A DNA stretch of 64,000 nucleotides, from assembly GCA_000004695.1 (NCBI GenBank), contig CM000152.2:2688001-2752000 (forward strand). Reading direction: 5' to 3'. Made by a program: the position numbers and the translations under genes. Below are positions 11,295 to 24,720 of the stretch, piece after piece. The stretch comes from Dictyostelium discoideum. Its lineage: Eukaryota. Position 1 is the first letter of the stretch. Each line of letters begins with the position of its first letter. The notes beneath the pieces are model-generated. The model made no database searches, was not told the DNA's origin, and was given only the letters and a program-made list of their open reading frames with translations.

Positions 11295-12430
11295 AAGACC
11301 CAATCGATTAAAGAAATAATTAAAATAAGATTCGAATTTAAAACTCTTTCAAAAGATCCGGGCAACTTTAAAGACCAAAACGATTTCCAAAAACAAATAA
11401 TTAAATTAAGAAAACTAACCTGCAAAGTTTACTCCATCCTGTGATCAGTGCTTCCAAATCTTATATCATTGGATCAATTCATATAATCTTTATTACAACA
11501 CATTTTAATAATTCATATAATTCAAAAAAATAAAAAAAAGAAAAACTTCTTAATTTTTAATATTAAAATCCATAAATAAAACTATTAATTATTGTTTATA
11601 TTCCTTTCCAGAAAAACTGTAATTAATCAATATATATAAAAAAAAAAAAAAAAAAAATTCAAATAAAATATTTGTCGATTATGTAAAATAAATTAAAAAA
11701 AAAAAAAAAAAAAATCTAAATTAACACTTTATTAAATTAAGATCAAGTAAATAATTAATTAATATCTAAAAACAAGAACACTTTGATTGGGGACAAAAAT
11801 ATGTAAACTATGACCTATTCAGAACCTTTGTATTTAGAACATAAAGACATTAATAAAATCTGGTTTGGAAAGATCAACTGGTTTAAAAAAATTCCTTATT
11901 TGATAATTCAAATTAAAAAAGGAATCTAAACATTTTTAAAAAAGGAATCTAAACATAAATAAAACCATGAATTATTATTTTCTTTAATTTTTTATTTTTT
12001 TATTTTTTATTTTTTATTTTTTTTTAATATTGATTAATCAATGTTTATCCATTAATGGAAATAAACAGGTTAATTTTCTTAATTTAAAATCTTTTGCTTT
12101 TGTACCATTTGTTGGTTAGAGTATGAGAGTTTTTAATCTCTGTTCGTTCGTCTTTATGTTTCTATATGCTAATGTTCTGGATAAATCATAGTTTACACAT
12201 TTATAACCCCATTCGAAATATTCTTTGTGGAATCTTAGATTTGCCTAGCCTAAGTTGACCTCATGGTCTTTCCTTATATTTGGTGGAATTATAGGTTTAA
12301 ATCTGTTAATTTATTGTTTGATCTAATTCAATAATGGGTCCAGTGTTTTACTCTACCTGTGGCAATGAAGATGAAGTTTTTCAATCTATGAGGTTAAATA
12401 ATAAATAAAATAATGTTTTCATAAAATTAA
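11295..12430. mobile_element. Older, degenerate TRE ORF2 3' fragments in both orientations (plus about 11790-11900; minus about 12100-12420). They run up to the ex-B box downstream of tRNA-Ile.
   Basis: The minus-strand translation FHKEYFEWGYKCVNYDLSRTLAYRN parallels FHKEYFEWNYKAIDYDLTRSFAYRN of the ORF2 at 10800-10870. A divergent copy of the ORF2 terminal codons plus UTR sits at 11440-11537. Confidence 0.5.
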
Positions 12431-12488
12431 AGACTTTTTTTGTGAAATCAAAGAATTGCTTAATATATGTTAGCATATATCTAAATAC

Positions 12489-12499
12489 GGAATTGAACC
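12489..12499 (-). promoter_or_regulatory. External B box (ex-B) 36 bp downstream of tRNA-Ile.
   Basis: GGTTCAATTCC on the gene strand. ex-B boxes about 40 bp downstream are a known feature of Dictyostelium tRNA genes. Confidence 0.6.
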
Positions 12500-12534
12500 A
12501 ACGATCGTATAAAGAATTCTTAAAAAAAAGAACT

Positions 12535-12607
12535 TGCTCGATGCAGGGATCGAACCTGCGACCGTGGCGTTATTAGCACCACGCTCTGCCGACTGAGCTA
12601 ATCGAGC
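12535..12607 (-). tRNA. tRNA-Ile (anticodon AAU).
   Basis: Manual cloverleaf: GCTCGAT-TA-GCTC-AGTCGGCA-GAGC-G-TGGTG-CTAATAA-CGCCA-CGGTC-GCAGG-TTCGATC-CCTGC-ATCGAGC-A. A and B boxes present. T8 terminator on the gene strand (plus 12522-12529). Confidence 0.9.
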
Positions 12608-12621
12608 TTTTTATATTTTTC

Positions 12622-12877
12622 TGTAATAAAGTTACTCTATAAAATTAATAGATATTAAATATGCATATTACATTACTAATTATAGTTGACACACATTTAA
12701 ATAATATAATAATAATACTGTCAACTCATTATAAATAATATAAATACTAAAGAATAATTTTATTAACAATATTGAATATTATAAATATAAACTAATATTA
12801 AATAAAGATAACAAAGTATTATTCAATTATATAATTATTAATTATATATATTTATAAAGCTAACAAGCTTTATTACA
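12622..12877 (+). repeat. 5' LTR of the DGLT-A-like element.
   Basis: Direct repeat of 14964-15219. Confidence 0.8.
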
Positions 12878-12989
12878 TTTGGCGACATCGTCTTTCAAAA
12901 AAAAAAAAAAAATATATATACTATAAATATAAAGTTATCAAATTATTCAATCAATTAAAATTGTACATTAGATTAAATTTAATTTAATA

Positions 12990-13057
<68 letters not shown>

Positions 13058-13059
<2 letters not shown>

Positions 13060-14335
13060 GAATAATAATGAAAACATAATTTTTTCGGGCGATGGAAAAG
13101 GTTTATCATTTCGTAAATTCAAACACTTACTCTTACTAATTCATGGCGAGGAAATATCGAAAGCTGATATTATTAGAAAACTAAGAAACAATGCATTGGA
13201 ATATGCCGCAACATTGGATACAAACTTAACAGCAATGGAGATAATTGAAGATCTTAAAGATGCTTTTGATATTGGTGATAGTGATGATTTAACAGAATTA
13301 ACAAAGTTGGGAGAATATAAATACAATACATTAGATATATTAATTGGTAAATTTCTATCAAAATGTTCAGCAGTTGATATTTCAGAAAAGTTTAAAATAC
13401 AATTGTTTTATTCAGCTGTTGGCACTGAATTGGGTATTGAAATTACAAAATGTGCACCAAAATCATTAAAAAGAGCAATAGATATTGCAAAGTCTTGTGA
13501 AGATGGTTCAATTCGTATCAAAGGTAGATCAATGTACACTGGTCAATTAGTTGCAAAGACGTTGCAAGAATTTGGTAATCAAAGATATCTAGGTTCGGGT
13601 TCTGGTTATTCTTCAACATCCCCTCAATATGTTACATCTCAAAACGAACAACAATCAATTGAATCTGAAGAAATTTCAACACCAATTTTTAAAAATCAAT
13701 ATTATAATCGATCACCACAAATGTCACCACAATCATCCCCTTATAAAGCACCACAAAATCAAGTAAATTCAATCACAAAATTTTGTAAATATTGCAAAAA
13801 GAAAGGTCATGTAATTCAAGAGTGTTGGTCAAAAGATAAAAATAATAATAACAATTACAATAATAGAACTAATTCAATTACAATGGTCAATAATAGTACA
13901 ATTAATTCAATTGGAATAGATAGTATGAATGCAGCTTTATTAATAAATAATAAAAATGTTAGAGGTTTGATTGATACTGGTTCATCACTTACTATTGTTT
14001 GGGAAAGTATTGCTAAAAAGTTAAAATTAAAGATTGAAAATAAACAATATTCTGTTAAATCAGCATCAAATAATGAAATCAAAATCATTGGAATAAGTAA
14101 CACAACAATTAAATTAGGTAAAGCATTGGCTAGAGTTAAAGTTAATGTTGTTAAAGATAATGATACATCAATTGATTGTATATTTGGCATTGATACAATA
14201 ATTGGATTAAATTTAGTCATTGATTTTAAAGAAATGATCATTAAGAATCTTGAATTCAATGTTGGTACCAAATTAATATCTAAAGAAACCCAACCATGTA
14301 TACAAACTATATTTAAAACAGTATCTGATTATTCA

Positions 14336-14366
<31 letters not shown>

Positions 14367-14968
14367 CATCAAAATCAGAATTATTAACAGATACTGATCA
14401 TTTAATTGAAAATTTTAATTCTCATCATATACTATCAATCAAATCGTGTCCAACTATTGAAGAACAACTACCAATAGATTACGATATTCCAGAATTCTTA
14501 TTCCAAGAACCAATAGATTCACCAATAACATCAAATTTACCATTAAAATCAATATCATTAAATCAAACAGAGAATTCAATAATTAAATCACAAATAACCT
14601 CAATTCAACCATTAATAAGAAATCCATGTACAAATTTATCAAGATTAGATTTTGCTCATAATTTCGCCCAAATTGTAAATAATAACTTCAAACGTCCTTG
14701 TCTCATTAAGGATAATCTTGGTAAAGACCAATTATCACAAATTAATAAAAAAGTTTCTCGTTCAAATATTCAAGTAGGAGATTATGTCTATTTACAATCC
14801 ACTGTTGGTCCAGTAAAGCTCAATAAATCTTGGGAAGGTCTTTTCAAAGTACATGAGAGAGTTAGCGATTTAAAATTCAAATTAGTATTGGATAATATTA
14901 AAAATCATGATGTGTTTTATATTAAAAGATTGAAAAATTTTTTTCAACTAAAAGGGGGGGATATGTAA
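13058..14968 (+). CDS. Gag-protease polyprotein (CCHC zinc knuckle plus aspartic protease). RT/RH/IN are missing.
   Basis: CKYCKKKGHVIQECWSKD zinc knuckle. LIDTGSSLTIV protease active site. The ORF ends at the 3' LTR boundary. Confidence 0.8.
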
Positions 14969-15219
14969 TAAAGTTACTCTATAAAATTAATAGATATTAA
15001 ATATGCATATTACATTACTAATTATAGTTGACACACATTTAAATAATATAATAATAATACTGTCAACTCATTATAAATAATATAAATACTAAAGAATAAT
15101 TTTATTAACAATATTGAATATTATAAATATAAACTAATATTAAATAAAGATAACAAAGTATTATTCAATTATATAATTATTAATTATATATATTTATAAA
15201 GCTAACAAGCTTTATTACA
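14964..15219 (+). repeat. 3' LTR of the DGLT-A-like element.
   Basis: Direct repeat of 12622-12877. It overlaps the stop of the gag-PR ORF. Confidence 0.8.
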
Positions 15220-15382
15220 TTTCCATTGAAAATTGGTAGCTGAGGTCATAAAATTTTCAATCATTCGAACCGCATCAATAAAAAGAAGACTCGAAAAATT
15301 CAGCCACAACTGGAACTCGAAACTCATGACCATAAACATCCGGGAACACTTCATACCATACTGCTCATATAACACCAACTAC

Positions 15383-15412
<30 letters not shown>
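15220..15412 (+). mobile_element. Possible 3'-terminal fragment of another non-LTR (TRE C-module-like) ending in oligo(A).
   Basis: Non-AT-rich 170 bp ending in A23. It shares atccggg(c/a)aac with the TRE 3' region at 11350. Confidence 0.3.
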
Positions 15413-15413
<1 letters not shown>

Positions 15414-15518
15414 TTATAACATTAATAATAATAATAATAATATAATAATAATAATAATAATAATATAATAATAATAATAATATAATAATAATAATAATAA
15501 TAATAAAAATAAGAATAA

Positions 15519-15556
<38 letters not shown>

Positions 15557-15860
15557 AAACTCTCCTAGAACACACTCAAATTGAGTGATGTTATTAAAAA
15601 AAAAAAAAAAGTCATAAAAAATTTATCCTATAATTATAAAATTCTTTCCATTAAGGAAAAGTTTAAATACTAAAACCAGGAAACACCTCCTTTAATAGAA
15701 ATCAAAAAAACAATCAAATATAAAAGGTATAGATCTAAATATTTCTAAGCACTACCAAAAGCCTTTGTAATCATTATAATTCCACTTTCCCATGAATGAA
15801 ATGTATATGTATTAATTTTTTTTTTTTTGTTTAAATTTTTTTATTTTTACAATTATTTTT

Positions 15861-17657
15861 TTATTTAAGGGGCCAACCAATTTTTAAAGATTGGACACTT
15901 GAAGGAATTGAATCTGTTAATAATAGGTCTTGGTTAGGAGATTTAAATATTAATGATCTAATATTTGGTGGAATTGAATCTAGAGATAAGTAGTGGTTAA
16001 ATTTTGAACCAAATTTTAAATATTCAACACTTGATGGAATTGAATTAGGTGATATTGGTTGATTGAATTCTTCTCCAAATGTTAAAGATTTAACAGTGGG
16101 TGGAATTAAATTTGGTAATAATGGTTTATTATATTTAAGACCAAATGTTAATGTTTCAATAGTGGTGTTTGATAAATGTAAAACTTGATTTAATTCTCTA
16201 TTAAAATTACATCCAAAAGTTAATGATTTTAAATTTGAAGGTATTGAATTTATTTCCAATGGTTGGTCAAAGCATTCACCAAATGTTAATGATTTGACAT
16301 TGGAAGGGATTACACCCTCTGGTATAGGTTGATTGAAATTTTTACCAAATGTTAAATGAAGAACACTAGATGGAATTATACCAGGTGATAAAGGTTGATT
16401 GAAGCAAATTCCAAATGTTAATGATTCAACATTTGAAGGAATTGATCCTTCCACTAATGGTTGATTAAAGAGTTGACCTAAATCCAATGTTTTAACACTA
16501 GATGGAATTAAACCAGGTAATAATCGATAATTGAAATAACCTTTGAATGATAATGTTTCGACACTTGATGGAATTGTTCCAATTAATAAATTTGGATTGA
16601 AACGAGATTGAAATGTTAATGTTTCAACACTTGATGGAATTATACCAGAAATTAAATTTTTTAGAATTCCAGCAGGTGAGAATATCAAAGTTTTAACACT
16701 TGATGGAATGGAACCAATTGATAGCTCTTGTGCAAAATCCCAACCAAATGTTAATGTTTCAACAGTGTTTGGAATTAAACCAACCGATAAAACTTGATTA
16801 AAACTATTTCCAAATGTTAAAGATTTAACACCATTTGGAATGGAACCAAAAAGTAATGGAAAATTAAAGTCGTCACCAATTTTTAAAGATTTAATAGTTG
16901 ATGGTATAGAATTTGGTAGTAATCTTTGATTAAAATTTAAACCCAAATCTAATGATTTAACACTTGGTGGTATTATTTCAAATGGTATATTTCTTTTAAA
17001 TTTATCACCAAATTTCAAATTTTCAACACCCAATGGAATTGATCCAACCAACAATTGTTGATTATATTCAAAAGGTAATATTAAAGTTTTAACACTTGAT
17101 GGAATTAAACCAGATGCTATTGGTTGATTGAAATTTGCACTAAATGTTAAAGATTTAAGATTTGGTAAACTATTAAAAAACTCTTTTGATAATGGTTGAA
17201 CAAAATTATGACCTAATGATAAAAATTCTACACTTGGAGGAACTGAATCTGCTAATAATTGTTGATTGAAATAAAGTCCAAATTCTAATTTTTTAACACC
17301 TAAAGGAAGTGTATCTTTAACAATTGGTTGATTAAAATCTGAACCAAATTTAATAGATTCAACACTTGATGGAATTGAACCTTGTAATATTGGCTGATTG
17401 AATTTATAACTAAATTCCAAATATATAACATTTGGTGGTATATTTCCATATGAAAACTTTTCATTTGTATCATAAAATAAATGTTTTATAAACTCTCTAA
17501 ATTTAAAATTTATTAGTCTTTCTTTTGAATTTATTGTAATTTTAAAACTCTTATTTAAATATCTAATATAATTTATTATATAATTTTTTAAAAATTTATT
17601 TCTCCAAATACTAAATAGAAAATTATTCTCTTCATCAAATTTATTTATTATTTTCAT
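15861..17657 (-). CDS. FNIP-repeat protein (Dictyostelium-type FNIP/DUF repeats).
   Basis: About 20 tandem 22-aa repeats of the form ...IP.SV..L.FG..FNQPL.... Confidence 0.75.
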   Translation of the reverse strand: MKIINKFDEENNFLFSIWRNKFLKNYIINYIRYLNKSFKITINSKERLINFKFREFIKHLFYDTNEKFSYGNIPPNVIYLEFSYKFNQPILQGSIPSSVESIKFGSDFNQPIVKDTLPLGVKKLEFGLYFNQQLLADSVPPSVEFLSLGHNFVQPLSKEFFNSLPNLKSLTFSANFNQPIASGLIPSSVKTLILPFEYNQQLLVGSIPLGVENLKFGDKFKRNIPFEIIPPSVKSLDLGLNFNQRLLPNSIPSTIKSLKIGDDFNFPLLFGSIPNGVKSLTFGNSFNQVLSVGLIPNTVETLTFGWDFAQELSIGSIPSSVKTLIFSPAGILKNLISGIIPSSVETLTFQSRFNPNLLIGTIPSSVETLSFKGYFNYRLLPGLIPSSVKTLDLGQLFNQPLVEGSIPSNVESLTFGICFNQPLSPGIIPSSVLHLTFGKNFNQPIPEGVIPSNVKSLTFGECFDQPLEINSIPSNLKSLTFGCNFNRELNQVLHLSNTTIETLTFGLKYNKPLLPNLIPPTVKSLTFGEEFNQPISPNSIPSSVEYLKFGSKFNHYLSLDSIPPNIRSLIFKSPNQDLLLTDSIPSSVQSLKIGWPLK

Positions 17658-17677
17658 TTTTTAAAATTAGAGAAAAA

Positions 17678-17713
<36 letters not shown>

Positions 17714-18511
17714 AAATTTTTTTTTTTTTGTTTTTTAACAAAAAAAAAAAACACATAGTGCCAAATTAAAAAAATCTTTTTTTATTTAGGAAAATAAAAA
17801 TAATAAAAGTAAAAAAAAAAAAAAACAACCAACCCACTAGTGTGCATATAACTACTTTAATTTAATGCTAAAATTTTATTATTTGGTCAACCTTATTTTT
17901 TATTTTAAAACTGTTTTTTTCTTTTTTATATATTTGGGTTACTAATAAAACTAATGATACTAATTTACTAAATCAAAAAATAATTTAGTATACTAATTTA
18001 ATTAATTTAATTTAGTATACTAAATCAAAAAATAATTTATTTTATTTATTTTAGAATAGATTTTTCAGTTTTTTTTTATAGAAAATAATTTTATTTTCAT
18101 TTTTTTTTAAATTAAATTTCTAAAATAAATCAAAGTTATTTAATTAACCTTTAATTTATTTTTTTTTTTATTTTTATTTTTATTTTTATTTTTATTTTTA
18201 TTTTTATTTTTTTTTTATTTTTATTTTGTTTTTTTTTTTTTTTTTTTTTTTTTTCAAAATTTTATTTGAAATTTAAGATTTTTTTCAATGGTTTTAATTG
18301 AAAAAATTCTTAAATTTCAATTGAAACCAAATAAATAAAAATTTAGATTTTATAAAATTTTAAATAAGATATACAATGCTCACAAACATTATAAATACAA
18401 TGAATTTTTCCCAATTTTTTTTTTTTAATTTTATTCTAAACTAAGAAACACAACAAATTAATTAAATTGTAATAAAATATAAAATATAAAATAAAATAAA
18501 TAATCAAACAA

Positions 18512-18817
18512 ATGGCAACTCTTTATGATATTTTTAATGAAATTAATAATAATAATAAAAGCCAAAGTTTTGTTAATGATAGAATGGAAATCATAGCAGA
18601 TATGGATGTAACACGTAACAGATGATATGTTTGTATTGAATTTTGAATTAGCAGGTGTCAATAAGAATGATATTAAAATTGAAATCAAAGATTCATTATT
18701 ATGTATTCAAGGTGAAAAATATAAATCAATGAACAACAACAACAAAAATAACTTACAAATTAATAATGATGATAAACCAATGATAGAAGAAGAAGATGAT
18801 GATTCATCATCATCTTC

Positions 18818-18894
<77 letters not shown>

Positions 18895-19106
18895 GTAATA
18901 ATAATAATAATAAATCATCAAAAACAAATGATAAAAAGTTTATTTCAGAAAGATCTTTTGGCCACTTTGAAAAATATTTAGATTTATCACCAGTATTTTA
19001 TCAATTAGATTTAAGTACAATTAATGCTCAATTCGAGGATGGTCTATTAACAATTACTGTAAGAAAAACTAACCTTTCAAATAATATTAAAATCCAAATA
19101 AATTAA
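18512..19106 (+). pseudogene. Small heat-shock protein (alpha-crystallin/HSP20 domain) with a 7-bp tandem duplication frameshift near the 5' end. The intact ORF restarts at M18627.
   Basis: DMFVLNFELAGVNKNDIKIEIKD...LLTITVRK alpha-crystallin signature. Upstream ATG 18512 gives MATLYDIFNEINNNN...MDVT, then gtaaca-c-gtaaca shifts the frame. Poly-N insert in the middle. Confidence 0.7.
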
Positions 19107-19252
19107 ATAATTTTAAATAAATCAATTTAAGTATGTAATATATATTACATTCACCAAAAATTTTAATTATAATAATTATTTTATTTTATTTTTTATTTTT
19201 TTTTTTTTGATTTCTTTTTTTTTAAAATTCTTTGAAAGTGCAAGTTGTTTTT

Positions 19253-19359
<107 letters not shown>

Positions 19360-19383
19360 AACAACTCAAAACAAACAAATAAA

Positions 19384-20017
19384 ATGGTTAAAAAAAGTAA
19401 TAGAGAAGAAGACTATAATATACTTTGTTTTACAATTGTTAGTGGAAAAATTCTTGAAGCATATGATTCTAATGGTTTGGCAGATGGTAAATTTTTTTTA
19501 TTTTTTTTTAATTTTTTTTTAATTTTTTTTTTTGGGAATTTTTAGTTTTTAATATACTAATAGTTATGTGAAAATAAAAATAAAAACCAAAAAATAAAAA
19601 AAAAAAGGGTATTGTAAAGTTGGATATTTAGATGAAACTAAAACACCAAATAAGGTTAAATGGTTATTAAAGACAACAGTATGTAATAAAACATTAGAAC
19701 CACATTGGAGTTATTCAGAAGCTTATTGGGTACCAAAATATGTTACCCAAATTCAATTAGAATTATTTGATCATGATATAATTGGTAGTGATGATTTCAT
19801 TGGTAGTGTTATTGTTGATATATCAAATTTAATAGAAGGTACACCTGAAGTTGAACAATATTCACTTGTTAAAAAAGATGGTAAAACTAAATCTGCCTCT
19901 GTATTATTTATGATTCAAAAGTGTCCAACAACTGATGAATTTAAAATTCATTGTAAAAATGCTACAAAATTAGAACTAATTTCAAATGAAATTAAAAAAG
20001 AAACTAATAAACTATAA
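19384..20017 (+). CDS. Small C2-domain protein, 2 exons: join(19384..19486,19608..20017).
   Basis: Exon 1 ...ILCFTIVSGKILEAYDSNGLADG, GTAAAT donor. Exon 2 ...YCKVGYLDETK...WVPKYVTQIQLELFDHDIIGSDDFIGSVIVDISNL (C2 beta-sandwich pattern). Confidence 0.6.
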
Positions 20018-20290
20018 TTCATAATTTAATTTTTTCCTGTCTTTTTTTGGAATTTTAAAAAATTTCCAAGATTCTTTTTAATCTAGTAAAAAAAATAAAA
20101 TAAAATAAAATAAAAAAAATAAAAAAAAATGGAAAAAGTGTGTGAATAAGTATTGTTTACAAAAATATATTTTTTTTTTTTAAATTCGCGCCTATATATT
20201 GAAATAGGAATGATTATATTTTATTTATATATTGTATATGTATCTCTCTCCCTCTCTCTCCCTCTCTCTTCCTCTCTTTCTCTCTCATTA

Positions 20291-20621
20291 TTAATTATTT
20301 AAATCATCAAAGTCAATTATATTAATTATATTATTAGTTTTTGATGTTGAAATTGTTGGTGACAAAGCCAAATCCATATGATCAATTAAAGGTAATGTGT
20401 TATTTCCATTACTATTATTACTTGTGGTGGTTGTAGTTGGTATTGATAAATCAATATCCAATATTGATAATGATGATGAGGAAAATGTTTTTGATATGTT
20501 ACTTGTATTACTATTATTTCTACTATGACTAATATTACCAACAATACCACCACCATTACTATTTGTACTATTACATCTACTATGTCCATTACCATTACCA
20601 TTACTATTACCATTACTATTG

Positions 20622-20653
<32 letters not shown>

Positions 20654-21323
20654 TTCTTTATGAGTATTTAATAATTCACCAACATTTGATAACATTGAAG
20701 GTGATAATGCATTTGTTGGAGAAGTAGCTAAAGAGTTTGGTAAAGAAGTTGATGTTGAAATTGTTGAAGATCTTTTTTTATTTGGTGAATGTTGTTGTTG
20801 TAATTGTTGTTGTTGTTGATTTTGTTTTTCTTCTTGTTGTAATTGTTGTTGTTGTATTTGATCATTTCTTTTAAATTCATCAAATTTTTTAGAAGCATCT
20901 TCTAATAAACCATCAATAGTCCAATCTAAAGTATTTCTTAAAGCTGCTTCAAAAGTTGTTAAACAATATTGTTGTTTTTGTGAACATTGTGAAAAATCTG
21001 CATAATCTTGAATAAACATACACTCTGATAATGAATTTGTTATATTTGATTTAATTATAACATATGAAAAAATTGGTAATAATTCATCTGCACTAATTTG
21101 TGGAATTTTTTTATTATTCTTTTTCTTTAATTGTGATGATGATGATGATGATGATGTTGTTGTTGCTTTATTTAACCAATAAGTTCTAACAGATTCAGAG
21201 ATTGCATCAATACTATGTTCAATACATTCTAATTTCTCTGATGGTGTTGTAAATGATGATAATTTCTTTAAAATATCAATACTATTTTGATATGGTGGTA
21301 TACTTTCTTCAATATCATCAATA

Positions 21324-21382
<59 letters not shown>

Positions 21383-21783
21383 TATTTCCTCGTCGACATT
21401 ATTATTATTATAATTTGTAATATCATCTTTACTTGTATTTAATAAAATTGGTGATAATGAATCAGAATTATCTAATAACCAAAATTGTTGAGGTATACCA
21501 ATATGAATAGTTGTAATTGTTAATAATTGACCAACTTTACTTGAAAAAGTTTCATCATCTAATGAATATTTATGAGTGTATAATGATAAAATAATTTGAT
21601 AAATAAAAGAGTAAACTGATTTCTCAACTGCTAATCTAGTATATTGAATTCTTTGTTCTGTAGTTCTTAACTCTGGCATTTTATGTAAAATAGTTTGAGT
21701 ATATTCATAAATTATATTATTAATATCTGTTGCAATCTTTTCATTTGTAATTCTTGAATTATTATCTTGTTGTTCACCATCAG

Positions 21784-21831
<48 letters not shown>

Positions 21832-22867
21832 CATTATCATCACCAATAGTAACACCATTTGCAATAATTCTATCCTCAATTGCAAATACTAAAGATGAAA
21901 ATGATTTACCTAATTCAAATTCTTGATTTAATAATAGATTTGAAATGTTATCAATGATTTGATCTTTTTTATCTAAATTCTTTGATATCGATTTAAGGGT
22001 TTTCTTTTGTGAATCAGATTTGAAAATATCTAAACCTTTTTTTAAAAGATTGTCAAAATCGATTTCTTCAATTTTACCAATTTCATTATCGCCTGCAGCA
22101 ATGCTATATTCTAGAGTATCCGATAATGATTGTAAATTAGCTGACAGGGATTGCAATCTTGGTGATGATGTTGAGTTTAAGATTTTCTTTGGTTTTGATT
22201 CAGGTTGAGAGATTTCCAAGATTTGATTAATCATTTCAGATTCTTTCTCTTGATTGAAATTTAAAGTGTAATTACCAATTGAAACTAACCACATTATACA
22301 CTGTTTTGCATCGGTTGTCCAAAGGAAATGAGCGATTGAATTGTTTGGTGTACGTAATTTGAATCCATATCTAAGCGAATTACTATCATCCAATAATCTA
22401 ATATCAATATTTAATATTAATCTCTTTAGATCCAATACATCAACTTCTTCTAAATCTTGTGCTAAATGATTGAATAGAAATTGACCCCTTTGTACTAACC
22501 ATCTATTATCATTAACATTACCTTTTGGTTCACCCATTATCAATACATTATAAAACATACAACCTTCTGATATAATTGCTTCTGAATGTAAATTATTATT
22601 ATTATTGTTGTTGTTACTACTACTACTTTTATTTAATTGATTATTTGTTTTATTGATTGTTGTTGAATTTAATGATGAATTTAATGAAGAGGATGATGAA
22701 GAAGAATATAATGGAGCGTTTGAAGATGATGATGAAGATAAAGATGTAGATTCTCTATACTCTTTATAAATATCATTTAATATGTATCCAATATCTTTTG
22801 ATAAATCTTCTGACATTTTTTTAAATGAACTATTACTTTTATTTAAATTACTATTATTATTATTATT

Positions 22868-22903
<36 letters not shown>

Positions 22904-23614
22904 ATTATTGGTATTATTGGTATTATTATTGATGTTATTGGTGTTGTGGTTGTTGTTGGTATTATTTATATTTCTTTGGTTATAATTATAATTTGTTTGA
23001 TTTACAATTAATTGTGGTGAAGTTGGTAATGAATGTGATCTTTGTTGTCTATATGATTGTGCTTGATAAGATTGTTGTTGAGTTTGTGGTTGTGGTTGTG
23101 GTACAATATAATTATTTTGATAGGTTGGTGGTTGTTGTTGTTGTTGTGGTGGTGGTAGTGGTGAGATTGGTTGTAAATTATGTGAAGGATAAGGAGGCGG
23201 TGGTGACCTATATTGATCATATAGTTGTTGTTGATGATGATATGGTTGATAATAAGGTATATTATCATTATTATTATTATTAAAATTATTATTATTATTA
23301 CTATTACTATTACTATTACTATTTACATTACTTGAGTTACTTTTATATTCAACTGAACTCCTGTTGTTATTATTATTGTTATTTATATTATTAACATTTA
23401 TATTATTATTATAGTTTACATGATTTATATTATTATTATTATTATTATAATTATTATTATCATTATTACTATTATTATTGTTATTTTTATTTTTATTTGT
23501 ATCTAATGAATATGAAGGAATAAAAGATTGAATATACGGATTCTTATTTTGTGAATCGTTATTTAAATTATTATTATTCCTATTATTATTATTGACTTCA
23601 TTATAAAGATACAT
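20291..23614 (-). CDS. VPS9-domain (Rab5-GEF-like) protein with long poly-N/Q/S tracts.
   Basis: ISADELLPIFSYVIIKSNITNSLSECMFIQDYADFS matches the VPS9 core motif. 1107-aa uninterrupted ORF. Confidence 0.7.
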
Positions 23615-23876
23615 TTTTTATAGTTATATATTGTGAAGAGGAAAAAAAAAAAAGAAACGAGCTTTCGTATGTTCCAAATTGTAAATGATTTTTTAGAAAA
23701 AAAAAGAAAATGCAAGGTGGCACCTTAGATTAAAAATTAAAAAAAACAAAAATAAAAAAAAAAAAAAAAATAAAATAAAATATATTTAATTTTAAAAAAA
23801 AATTAAAAAATAAAAAAATAAAAAATGGGAATTTAATTTAAAAAAAAAAATTTTATTTTAATTAAATAAAATCTAA

Positions 23877-23911
<35 letters not shown>

Positions 23912-24311
23912 AACAAGAAAAGAAATTGGGGAAAAAAAAAAAAAAAATAAAAAAAAAAAAAAGGGCTTTTTGAATAAAAATATTTATATTTGTGTGGTGG
24001 AATTGAAAGTTAATAAATAAACTTTATACCAAATAATTTTTATTTTTTATTAATTTTTTTATTTTTTTTATTTTAAAAAAAAAAAAATAATAAAAAAATA
24101 AAAAAAAAAAAAAATAAATAATAAAAATAAAAAAAAAAGAATTAATAGTGTAAATAAATTGTACAATGCTTTACTTTTTTTTTTTTTTCTTTTTTTTTCT
24201 TTCTTTTTTTTTTTTTTTTTTTTTTTTTCCATACCGTTGAACGATAATTTTTTTAATTTTTTTTTTTTTTTTTGAAAATTGGAAATATCTTTGCAATCAA
24301 AAAAGACTTTG

Positions 24312-24346
<35 letters not shown>

Positions 24347-24595
24347 TTTCCCCAAAAATCTGATTTGATTGTAATAATAATAAAAATAATAATAATTATT
24401 GTTTAATTGTATAATTATATTTTTAAATAAACCAACAATTGTAAATATATTTATTTATATCTGTATCATTAAATCAAAATATTTTGATTAGATAATACAA
24501 ATCCATTTTAATTTTAATTTTATTTATTTTAAAATCTCACACTGATATAAAATAATTATCAAATATTTTCAATAAATTATCGTTTTATTATTTCA

Positions 24596-24720
<125 letters not shown>

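Larger units (their letters stand above)
12622..15219 (+). mobile_element. DGLT-A-like LTR retrotransposon, internally deleted (gag-PR only). Inserted 13-14 bp upstream of tRNA-Ile.
   Basis: Identical 256-bp direct repeats (12622-12877, 14964-15219) starting TGTAAT and ending TTACA. PBS-like TGGCGACATCG 2 nt after the 5' LTR. PPT aaaagggggga before the 3' LTR. Candidate 4-bp TSD TTTC. The position relative to the tRNA matches known DGLT-A targeting. Confidence 0.75.

Noticed and set aside
12470-12500. GGTTCAATTCC near tRNA-Ile, possibly a second tRNA.
   Set aside because: Only a box-B motif with no tRNA structure. Its position about 36 bp downstream fits an external B box.
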